The notes below the pieces were generated by a model. That model ran no database searches. It was not told where the DNA came from and worked only from the letters and a program-made list of their open reading frames with translations. From positions 1-38,783 of the IMG/VR virus record IMGVR_UViG_3300017903_002400: a DNA stretch of 38,783 bases; one strand, written 5' to 3'. This DNA is from a virus (lineage: Duplodnaviria > Caudoviricetes). The first letter of the stretch is position 1. Each line of letters starts with the position of its first letter. A program made the translations under genes and the position numbers. This document shows positions 7,322 through 14,189 of the stretch, one piece after another.

Positions 7322-8188
7322 TCGCAGCTTCTTTAATGCACGGTTCTTAATTTGCCTGGTGCGCTCGCGACAGATGCCCAGTTCTGCACCGATGTGCGCT
7401 AGCGGCATTCCTTTTGTTCCTGAGTAATACCGCGTAAGCACGTCGTATTCACGTTCTGTCAGCTTGTTGATGGCACGACCGAGCTTCTCTTCTTCTTCTG
7501 ACTTGATGACGTGGCTAACAACGTCGGAATCTTTGGACGTGTCGGCAATTTGATTCATCAACGGCGATCCGTCTTCATGACACAGCGCATCAAGGCTGCG
7601 GGTTGGTGTTGAACGCTCGAACCACATCATCAGCTCTTCAGGCTTGCGTTCGACGTGATCCGCCATTTCTTGCAGTGATGGAGCCCTGCCGTTCAGCTGA
7701 TGGAATTGATTGCTCCACGTTGCCAGCCGGTTGATGTTTTCGATCGTGTTGGTCGGTATGCGAATCATCCGGCTGTGATGGTCGATAGACCGTGAAATGC
7801 TTTGCCGAATCCACCAATAGGCATACGTCGAAAACTTGTAGCCACGGGTGCCGTCGAACTTTTCTGTAGCGCGTGCAAGACCAATGCAGCCCTCTTGGCA
7901 CAGGTCAGCAAGTTCTAGCCCCGTACCTTGAATGCGGTTGGCGTACTTGCGGGCAAGGCTCACAACTAATCGCAGGTTGCTGTTGATTAGTTGTTGCCGC
8001 GCACGTTCACCAGATCGAATGACACGCTTCTCTGCCGTCGTCAAAGGTGGCGGGTCGGTTATTTCTTTGCGTTGCTCGTCAAGTTCTTGCCATGCAACGA
8101 TTCGCCTTGACAGTTCGATTTCTTGGTCAGCGGTAAGCAGCGGAAACTTACCAATGTTGTCTAGATAAAACTTGAATGAATCAGTCAC
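7259..8188 (-). CDS. RNA polymerase sigma-70 family factor (RpoD/SigA-like, lacking region 1.1)
   Basis: YL..IGKFPLLTA.QEI (1.2), NLRLVVS.ARKY (2.1), DL.QEG.IGL.RA.EKFD..RGYKFSTYAYWWIRQ (2.2-2.4), RER.RQI..RALKKLR (4.2). Confidence 0.95.
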   Translation of the reverse strand: MTDSFKFYLDNIGKFPLLTADQEIELSRRIVAWQELDEQRKEITDPPPLTTAEKRVIRSGERARQQLINSNLRLVVSLARKYANRIQGTGLELADLCQEGCIGLARATEKFDGTRGYKFSTYAYWWIRQSISRSIDHHSRMIRIPTNTIENINRLATWSNQFHQLNGRAPSLQEMADHVERKPEELMMWFERSTPTRSLDALCHEDGSPLMNQIADTSKDSDVVSHVIKSEEEEKLGRAINKLTEREYDVLTRYYSGTKGMPLAHIGAELGICRERTRQIKNRALKKLRLIAAQDHTPPRTSDGLNRFE

Positions 8189-8189
8189 G

Positions 8190-8224
8190 GCAAGGCTGAA
8201 TAACGCAAAGGCTATCAGCCTTGC
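8190..8224. promoter_or_regulatory. 10-bp perfect inverted repeat directly upstream of the sigma-factor start
   Basis: GCAAGGCTGA-N15-TCAGCCTTGC. Confidence 0.6.
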
Positions 8225-8241
8225 TTATAAAAGTCAGTTAA

Positions 8242-8583
8242 TCAGAAGGGGACTTCATTGGTTGAAGTATCACTGATGCGGGGCAGAAATTCAAAGCGAC
8301 CACATTTGAAAATGTGCTTGCGACGTTTGCCGCCGTCAGATTCCCATTCGTTCATGACGATCTTGCCGATGCCATAAAAGCTGTCGCCTTGACCCATCTT
8401 TTCTTTGATGACTTCACCAGAACGGCCCCACACTTCAACGTCGATGGCGTTGTTGATCCAGTTGCCGTTTTTGTCTTTGCCTTCGTTGATGCCGCCGTAG
8501 AACTTGGCGACGGTGGTGTCACCGACGTTTTTCAGTTCGATGTCACCCAGGATGCGGATGATGCCGCTTGCTTGCAGGGTCAT
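8242..8583 (-). CDS. ssb: Single-stranded DNA-binding protein
   Basis: OB-fold pattern (DVEVWG, G.I...EWE..G.KR.K) and C-terminal EVPF. Confidence 0.88.
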   Translation of the reverse strand: MTLQASGIIRILGDIELKNVGDTTVAKFYGGINEGKDKNGNWINNAIDVEVWGRSGEVIKEKMGQGDSFYGIGKIVMNEWESDGGKRRKHIFKCGRFEFLPRISDTSTNEVPF

Positions 8584-8584
8584 T

Positions 8585-8803
8585 TCAGGTCAGAGGAGTG
8601 ATGTTTTTGGCTTGCTCGAAAGCAAGAACGTCGGCCAGGTAATACCTGACGCGAGGCAGTCTGGGATCTAATGCGAGCTTGTCAAGTTTTTGATAGACAG
8701 GCCCGCGACCTTCACGCCGCCAGCGTTTAATGGTGCCATAGGTGACGCCATAACGGATGGCAAGATCTTCAGTTGTTAGATAAGTCTGGATGTCGTCAGT
8801 CAT
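8585..8803 (-). CDS. Helix-turn-helix protein (excisionase/AlpA/MerR-like)
   Basis: YLTTEDLA.RYGV...TIKRWR..GRGP.Y.K...VRY...DV..FE. Confidence 0.85.
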   Translation of the reverse strand: MTDDIQTYLTTEDLAIRYGVTYGTIKRWRREGRGPVYQKLDKLALDPRLPRVRYYLADVLAFEQAKNITPLT

Positions 8804-9041
8804 TTGTTGTAGGAATTGGAGTATCCGCTACGAATTCACCGCAGAATTCGTGAGGTTCAACGGCCGGCCAAATGGCAGGCTGATGAATGCACATTTCCCC
8901 TGCGTCTTTGAGGTCATAGACAACAGGCTTTGGCGCATATCGGTGGCAAGTGCCATAACGTTCAAAGCCATCATTCGCAAAAAAAGCGCAGTTTTTACAC
9001 TGCCGGCCCAAGTCGCCGAGACATTTGGTTGAGTTCATCAT
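8796..9041 (-). CDS. Hypothetical Cys-rich protein
   Basis: CKNC...GTCHRYAP...WP.V...FCGEF; overlaps both neighbours. Confidence 0.75.
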   Translation of the reverse strand: MMNSTKCLGDLGRQCKNCAFFANDGFERYGTCHRYAPKPVVYDLKDAGEMCIHQPAIWPAVEPHEFCGEFVADTPIPTTND

Positions 9042-9640
9042 TGCTGATGCTCCTTTAGTTGTGCTTCGCGATTTTTAAGCAGTTCAATCAAATCCTTATA
9101 TTCGTCGCCTTTGAAGGCGTTCGCTTCATTGCGTTCTGCAACGCGCTTGCTTAGGGTTTTTAGCGCCGCGAGATCTTTGGCGGCGTTGATCATTTTTGTG
9201 CCTTGATTGAAGGCCATGCTGGTTTGACCTTTTGCAGCTGGTTTCGCCACTGCCTTTGCTGCCGGCGCGTTGTTTGATGGCGGCAGATCAGGCACGTCAT
9301 CAGTGTCCATGTCGGCCACGATGCCGAGGATGGAACAGATTGAAAACCTGCGTTGATACGTCACTGCTTTGCCCCATTCCTGGGTGTTGTTACGGCCGTC
9401 GCAGACAACCAGCTTGCAGCTGCTGTGAATCGTTTCACCACCTTCGTGGTGCAGTGTCGTGATCAGTGCATCGTCAAGAAACGTTTGAGTCAGCGCCAAA
9501 CCGTTTTTGTTCAGCGCAGGCGTCACCGTTGACAGCACGTTGGCTAGGTCCGCAAACTTGCCGTAATTGGCCCGTGCGTTTTTCTCAATCTTGTCGACGT
9601 CTTTTTGGAACTGAATCAGGGCTTTTGTTAATTCAGACAT
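9038..9640 (-). CDS. erf: ERF-family single-strand annealing recombinase
   Basis: ADL..VL....PAL..NGL, TTL.H..GE, Q.WG.A.TY.RR.S...ILGI....D.D motif. Confidence 0.9.
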   Translation of the reverse strand: MSELTKALIQFQKDVDKIEKNARANYGKFADLANVLSTVTPALNKNGLALTQTFLDDALITTLHHEGGETIHSSCKLVVCDGRNNTQEWGKAVTYQRRFSICSILGIVADMDTDDVPDLPPSNNAPAAKAVAKPAAKGQTSMAFNQGTKMINAAKDLAALKTLSKRVAERNEANAFKGDEYKDLIELLKNREAQLKEHQQ

Positions 9641-10410
9641 TAGAACTCAGAAAAAGGGATTTCGTCGTAGGTCGCCCAGCTGGGCAAAGAAAGGGTTTGC
9701 ACGTTGTCGCCATAACCGGGCCATTCGTCCCGTTGCTTGCAAGTCGCAATGCGGTGCATGGCGCGTCTGCGTTGATCCTCACCGATAGCAGATGCTTCGG
9801 CGTCAAGTTCATACACAGCCGTCTGAAAAGGATAAGTCTTTTCCACGACGATGAAAATAAACCTGGCGCAGTTTGTGCCTTTGACATAATGCGCTTGCTG
9901 CCGGTGATAACCGAAGTTTGCGACCGACTTTGCAAACGCTTTTGGTGAGGCGTCTTGCGTCGTTTTTAGATCGACAACTAGATCACCAGCCCACCAATCG
10001 GGTCGGCACTTGCATCGCAAGCCGTACTCGTCGTCATCCCACCAAAGTGAGTATTCGGCTTCACCGACTGACAGCAACCAAGCGGCTTCAGGGTGATTGC
10101 GTACTGATTCGGCCATTTGCTCTGCAGTGTCCATTTCTGACTGCAGAACTGGTTCAAATCCGTCGCTGAAAAGTTGTTGTGCTTCCTTGGTTCGCCGTGA
10201 TGAGACAACAGGGTGTCGCTCTTTGAGTTCATCGGGTTCAAGCACAGCAGTATGGCAGAGAGTGCCAAGCCGCATCGCAGCAGTCGGTTCATTTTTGGGG
10301 CGATTGGGATCGATGTACTTTTTGAAGTAGTGCTGCGGGGATTGCAACACTGCGTGCAGATGTGAGGCCGAAACCGCAGGGTCCGCGTGATATTCCGCGT
10401 TGGAAATCAT
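9640..10410 (-). CDS. PD-(D/E)XK exonuclease (RecE/exonuclease VIII-like, DUF3799-type)
   Basis: MISNAEYHA...SAS.L, GT..H.AVLEP, CKCRPDW, DLKTT, Y..Q..HY; start re-called at ATG 10410. Confidence 0.9.
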   Translation of the reverse strand: MISNAEYHADPAVSASHLHAVLQSPQHYFKKYIDPNRPKNEPTAAMRLGTLCHTAVLEPDELKERHPVVSSRRTKEAQQLFSDGFEPVLQSEMDTAEQMAESVRNHPEAAWLLSVGEAEYSLWWDDDEYGLRCKCRPDWWAGDLVVDLKTTQDASPKAFAKSVANFGYHRQQAHYVKGTNCARFIFIVVEKTYPFQTAVYELDAEASAIGEDQRRRAMHRIATCKQRDEWPGYGDNVQTLSLPSWATYDEIPFSEF

Positions 10411-10433
10411 CAGGGTGCCACAGGGGTCAGCGC

Positions 10434-10462
10434 AGCTTAAACCGGTTTTTTCGTCAGTGCAA
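10434..10462 (-). promoter_or_regulatory. Sigma-70-type promoter for the recombination operon
   Basis: TTGCAC (10462-10457), 17-bp spacer, TAAGCT (10439-10434), ending 23 nt before the ATG at 10410. Confidence 0.6.
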
Positions 10463-10495
10463 GACATTGCCGTTTTTCCTGTTATGCTTTGGTCT

Positions 10496-10581
10496 CTTCA
10501 CCCTGAAACGGGCGAAGGACAAGTCACCCTCAGCGGACAGGGTGCGAGGGGTGCGGATGCGTGAGTCGGCCCTAGTCCGCA
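10496..10581 (-). ncRNA. Candidate structured RNA of three hairpins
   Basis: Stems at 10552-10581, 10525-10544 and 10496-10517; a G-U pair forms only on the minus strand. Confidence 0.45.
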
Positions 10582-10585
10582 ACCA

Positions 10586-10657
10586 TTAACCACCAGCTGC
10601 GAACGTCCACAGAAGGATGCAGCTCATCAACATTGCTGGTAGTAACAGCAAGATCAT
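10586..10657 (-). CDS. Candidate 23-aa hydrophobic peptide MILLLLPAMLMSCILLWTFAAGG
   Basis: Translated by hand; starts 10 nt after the upstream stop on the operon strand. Confidence 0.4.
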   Translation of the reverse strand: MILLLLPAMLMSCILLWTFAAGG

Positions 10658-10667
10658 CAGACCCAGG

Positions 10668-11114
10668 TCATTTGCTGTCATTGATAAAGATCCAAAGGTC
10701 TTTAAATTCAGTGCCTGTCATACCGCGTTTGTATTCAACAAAGTCGCGGTGACACCATTTGACGTTGGATGGGTGATGAATTTTTGACTGGCCGTGAATA
10801 GCGACGTAAGACCTGGGGATGTCTAAGACGACTGCAGCGGTTTCCTTGCCGTCGATTTCGATCGGCTTGCCGGTGTAGTCACATCGACCGTTGAAGGTGT
10901 CGAGCACTTGCTGCACCCAGGTCTTGTCGTAACCCTTGACCAGCGAATTGAGGCCTTGGGTTGTGCCTTTGCGGCGTGTCCTAAACAATCCGTAGATGGA
11001 TGATTTAAGGCGGCAATGTGCGCATGACTTGCGGCCAGGTCGAGCACGGCGCATACAGCAGGAAGTACACAACCCCTTGCTGCGTGCTTGTTCGAGTTGA
11101 TATGCAGCAGGCAT
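10668..11114 (-). CDS. Zn-finger protein with a degenerate HNH-like domain
   Basis: CTSC...CAHC; GRCDYTG...NVKWCH...K..M resembles an HNH scaffold but lacks the usual D.H/N residues. Confidence 0.7.
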   Translation of the reverse strand: MPAAYQLEQARSKGLCTSCCMRRARPGRKSCAHCRLKSSIYGLFRTRRKGTTQGLNSLVKGYDKTWVQQVLDTFNGRCDYTGKPIEIDGKETAAVVLDIPRSYVAIHGQSKIHHPSNVKWCHRDFVEYKRGMTGTEFKDLWIFINDSK

Positions 11115-11377
11115 CAGCGCAAGGGTTGAGCTTCGATTGTGATGACGTAACCCGAGTCGGTGGCTTCGTCAATCCATGGTTGTGCGTCACTTAGATCGTT
11201 GACCCATTCGGTCCACATCACGCGACCTTCTAAACCAAGTAAACGACGCCAGATGCTGCGCCGCCGTGCTTCGAGGTAGTAAACCTCTGCGCGGTCTTCT
11301 GGTAGCACTTCAGACTCGTCAACGGTGTCTTCGAGCCATTCCTTGTAGCGCAGCGAATAGTTGTGAAAGTCTTCCAT
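11114..11377 (-). CDS. Hypothetical protein (87 aa)
   Basis: Start re-called at MEDFHN; TGATG coupling at both ends. Confidence 0.75.
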   Translation of the reverse strand: MEDFHNYSLRYKEWLEDTVDESEVLPEDRAEVYYLEARRRSIWRRLLGLEGRVMWTEWVNDLSDAQPWIDEATDSGYVITIEAQPLR

Positions 11378-11490
11378 CAGTTTTGGGGCAGTTTGGGAAG
11401 TTGCGGTGCGGGTTTGTTCCAGACCACTGGTGGGGGTGGGGTCTGTTCGCCCGGAAGGACCGGGCGTTGCTTGCGGATGACTTGAAGCAT
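11377..11490 (-). CDS. Small Pro-rich protein (37 aa), absent from the ORF track
   Basis: MLQVIRKQRPVLPGEQTPPPP...; starts 2 nt after the upstream stop and is TGATG-coupled downstream. Confidence 0.65.
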   Translation of the reverse strand: MLQVIRKQRPVLPGEQTPPPPVVWNKPAPQLPKLPQN

Positions 11491-11492
11491 GT

Positions 11493-11747
11493 TCAGGAAA
11501 TGGTTGCAAGAATTGAATTTGCGTTCTGCAGGCGCTGCATCAGTTGAGGCAGCAAGTGGAAGTGACGTTCACGCTTGGCTGCGTCGATCATTCCCAGGGT
11601 TTCGTTCTTGAAGTCAACCCACTTTTGACGATGGCTGGGCTTGGCTGGCTCGTCAAAAGTGATGGTGACGACTTCACGCTTAGCTGCAAGGTTGGCTGCC
11701 TTGAATGCAGCTTGTTCAGCAGGAGTGCGTTTGATTTGCTTGGTCAT
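11493..11747 (-). CDS. Hypothetical early protein (84 aa)
   Basis: ATG follows the promoter/repeat block at 11773-11810. Confidence 0.7.
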   Translation of the reverse strand: MTKQIKRTPAEQAAFKAANLAAKREVVTITFDEPAKPSHRQKWVDFKNETLGMIDAAKRERHFHLLPQLMQRLQNANSILATIS

Positions 11748-11772
11748 TGGTGCGCTTGTCTGAACTGATCTA

Positions 11773-11810
11773 AGTATGCACCCTGATGTGCCCTGATGTC
11801 TACCCTGGCG
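11773..11810 (-). promoter_or_regulatory. Leftward promoter with three tandem CAGGG(T/C) repeats
   Basis: Minus strand reads cgccagggta gacatcagggc acatcagggt gCATACT. Confidence 0.65.
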
Positions 11811-11830
11811 TGTGACAGCGTTGGGACTGG

Positions 11831-11989
11831 TTAGGTCAATTCGTTTTCAAGGTCGTCTTCGTGGTCTTCAATGAAATCAATCAGGTGCTGCGGTAGGTGT
11901 CCGTATGCGTTCATCGCCTGCAGGTCTTCAGGGTGTGCCTGAAGGGCAGCGACCAGCGCACGCACCGCAGCGGCGGTGTCGGTGTGCAT
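11831..11989 (-). CDS. Small protein with acidic C-terminus (52 aa), absent from the ORF track
   Basis: MHTDTAAAVR...IEDHEDDLENELT, directly downstream of the TATAAT promoter. Confidence 0.7.
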   Translation of the reverse strand: MHTDTAAAVRALVAALQAHPEDLQAMNAYGHLPQHLIDFIEDHEDDLENELT

Positions 11990-12021
11990 GTTGAAAAAGC
12001 TGTGCGCCTGTGCGCAGATTC

Positions 12022-12047
12022 ATTATAGCACCTTGATGCACCCTGAT
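12022..12047 (-). promoter_or_regulatory. Leftward extended -10 promoter with two tandem 10-bp repeats
   Basis: Minus strand reads atcagggtgc atcaaggtgc TATAAT (TG-n-TATAAT). Confidence 0.75.
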
Positions 12048-12505
12048 CAGTATTGAGGGATGACCGTGATGATCGCGCCCGCTGGTTCATACGGCAGGCA
12101 ATACCGCTTGCTCGCGTTCAGCACAACGACAAAGCAATCATCCTGCAGCACCCCACCATCCACCAGCGCATCAAGAGTTGAACGGCATACCTTGTCGATG
12201 TCATTTCTTTTCACTGTGTACTGCTTCGGTGCATTCGCACGCGGCTGCCCGTTAGTCGTCAAATGAGTCTTAGGTCGAGCAAAGCGAAACACAATCGACA
12301 CCGCTACAGGCACATCCATCGGACGCGAAATAGATGGACACGCGCCAACAATCGCCATGCGCCATGGCTTGCATCGCTTGGAAACCTCGATTAACCTGCC
12401 GCCACCGACATGGCGTTTTGAGCCTTGCGGAGCTGGGTCAATTCCATTTATCGCAATGTGAATCGGCTCGAATTCACGCTTATTTTCATCCGCTTCATTT
12501 TTCAT
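12047..12505 (-). CDS. rusA: RusA-family Holliday junction resolvase
   Basis: PAPQGSKRH, F.F.RPK.H, D.DK..R..LDAL, DD..VV.L.A.KRY; start uncertain. Confidence 0.88.
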   Translation of the reverse strand: MKNEADENKREFEPIHIAINGIDPAPQGSKRHVGGGRLIEVSKRCKPWRMAIVGACPSISRPMDVPVAVSIVFRFARPKTHLTTNGQPRANAPKQYTVKRNDIDKVCRSTLDALVDGGVLQDDCFVVVLNASKRYCLPYEPAGAIITVIPQY

Positions 12506-13019
12506 GATCCAACAGATCGGCTTCAACCAAGAAAGCGTAAATCCGTTCATCGAACTCAAGATCTACCACATCACAGAAGATCGCAAAATGCTCTTCGGTG
12601 AATGGCAAGCGCCATCAGGCAAATTTGAGGAAGCAATCCTCAATCCCGCCTACGGCGAACAGAACGTTTTAGACGTGCTCGAAGTCGGCACCGTCGTTCA
12701 CATCCGCCAGCCGAAAGAAAACACCAAGTCACGCGGCACAAAATGGCGTGCCTACATGCGACCGCTGGTTGAACAACCGATTTGGGTCCAGGAAGCTGCT
12801 AACCCGCAAGAAAAGCAGCTGCCGAAGGTTGTGCAGATCCGTCGTGCAGTTATCGAGCCCGTCAGCAGCGACCCGCTGCGCGTGACCATTAACGAATCTT
12901 TCCTTGCGCAGCATTGCCGGGAAGTTGCGCAAAAGAAGGGCTACACCGGCAACACGGCTGGATCAAAAGCCGTGATGGACATCATTCGCGCCGCAATGAA
13001 AGCAGGACTCGAAGCATGA
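12504..13019 (+). CDS. Hypothetical protein
   Basis: 171-aa ORF opening the rightward block; ATGA-coupled downstream. Confidence 0.75.
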   Translation: MIQQIGFNQESVNPFIELKIYHITEDRKMLFGEWQAPSGKFEEAILNPAYGEQNVLDVLEVGTVVHIRQPKENTKSRGTKWRAYMRPLVEQPIWVQEAANPQEKQLPKVVQIRRAVIEPVSSDPLRVTINESFLAQHCREVAQKKGYTGNTAGSKAVMDIIRAAMKAGLEA

Positions 13020-13264
13020 CCCCAGAACAACGTGACGCGCTGTTGAAGGCGCTGCGGAAGGATCTAGAGCAAACCCGCAAGACGGTTGATTTCTTGCGGC
13101 AGCAACGCGAGCATGAAGAGGCCCTGTACTGGGAAACCGGTATCTGGCGCGACGTGACCCGCAGTGAAGCCGAACAGGTCAGACAGGATTCAGGTCTGAT
13201 GCTGACGCAGCACGAAGAAACGCTCAAAGCGTTTTTTGCCGCAATGGACGGGCAAAAAAAATGA
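13016..13264 (+). CDS. Hypothetical coiled-coil protein (82 aa)
   Basis: Start re-called at the ATGA overlap (MTPEQRDALL). Confidence 0.7.
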   Translation: MTPEQRDALLKALRKDLEQTRKTVDFLRQQREHEEALYWETGIWRDVTRSEAEQVRQDSGLMLTQHEETLKAFFAAMDGQKK

Positions 13265-13284
13265 CGGTGTAGGCAACACCGTCA
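13254..13284 (-). terminator. Minus-strand intrinsic terminator, antisense to the replication operon
   Basis: 9-bp stem tgacggtgt/acaccgtca with 5-nt loop, followed by T8 on the minus strand. Confidence 0.7.
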
Positions 13285-13331
13285 AACCAAACGCAACTCA
13301 CAGGGTATGCCGACCCCGCACCGAAAATACC

Positions 13332-14189
13332 ATGTCATTCATTCCAGAGCAAACCCCGTTTGTCGCGCTGCCAACAGCGTTACGGGGTCGCCTTGCACCG
13401 AACCAGCTTGCGGTGCTGTGGGTGCTGCAGAGCTATTACCCGCAGATTTTCCCGAGCTACGAGCGCATCGCAAACGACACGCAGCTTTCGCGCAGCACGG
13501 TGATTCGCGTGATCAAGCAACTGGCAGTTGATGGCTGGCTGGTCAAGACCGACCGATTTCAGAAAAACGGGCAGACCAGCAACGTCTACGAAGTCCGCGT
13601 GTGGGACAACCGGGGTGTAAATCTGACACCCCTTGAATCCAGTATTGATCCGGGGTGTCAATCTGACACTAGTGTCACGCTGACACTGGGGGGGTGTCAG
13701 GCTGACACCCTAACTAAAACAACTGAACTAAAACAAATAAAACCAACAGCCAATACTGTTGGTTTCCAAGTGCTAGACGGTATTGACACGCCTGAGACGA
13801 ACGGAAACCAACCGCAGGCGCACACGGAACAAGTTCCGAAAACAACCCGCAAGCGCACGACCTACACCGACGAGTTCAACGCCTTCTGGAAGCAGTATCA
13901 AGCCATCGACAAAAAGGCTTCAGGGCAGTCCAAACCGAAAGCTGCGAAGGAATACGCCGCCGCACTGCGTCAGGCGCCTCACAGCGCCTTGCAGGACGCT
14001 CTACGGGCTGCTGTCAATGAACAGTCACGCGCAGAACGCACCCCAGGGGCGTTCGCGACCTCGTTCCCCGATTGCTTCCGTTGGCTGCGGGACGGCAAAT
14101 ATGAAGCCTTCCTTGAAAACGGCGTCCCAGGGGTTGAAAAACCATTCGACCCGCGTGATCATGCGCCGAACGGGGATGACCCGTTTTGA
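13332..14189 (+). CDS. Replication initiator (N-terminal winged HTH, lambda O-like layout)
   Basis: FPSYERIA.DT.LSRSTV.R.IK.L...GWL, SNVY, internal iterons, C-terminal F.AFW..Y...WLRDG.YE. Confidence 0.85.
   Translation: MSFIPEQTPFVALPTALRGRLAPNQLAVLWVLQSYYPQIFPSYERIANDTQLSRSTVIRVIKQLAVDGWLVKTDRFQKNGQTSNVYEVRVWDNRGVNLTPLESSIDPGCQSDTSVTLTLGGCQADTLTKTTELKQIKPTANTVGFQVLDGIDTPETNGNQPQAHTEQVPKTTRKRTTYTDEFNAFWKQYQAIDKKASGQSKPKAAKEYAAALRQAPHSALQDALRAAVNEQSRAERTPGAFATSFPDCFRWLRDGKYEAFLENGVPGVEKPFDPRDHAPNGDDPF
13612..13765. repeat. Putative replication origin: four palindromic GTGTCA-N3-TGACAC iterons plus an A-rich tract
   Basis: Units at 13612-13632 (one mismatch), 13652-13672, 13671-13687 and 13692-13710; AACTAAAACAA twice; hairpin aaaccaacag/ctgttggttt. 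Confidence 0.8.

Noticed and set aside
9466-9948. 160-aa plus-strand ORF and other antisense ORFs over conserved genes
   Set aside because: Shadow ORFs opposite well-supported genes, with no recognisable domains
10400-10665. Hammerhead or pistol ribozyme (several CUGANGA on the minus strand, plus ACUAGGGCC)
   Set aside because: No GAAA follows a stem II in any case, and the pistol AAAUA linker and matching pseudoknot strand are missing
11773-11810. Short tandem repeats as a mini CRISPR array
   Set aside because: Units are about 10 bp with no spacers, and there are no cas genes
13612-13710. Palindromic repeats as CRISPR repeats or transposon ends
   Set aside because: They are in-frame inside rep and nearly adjacent, which fits iterons
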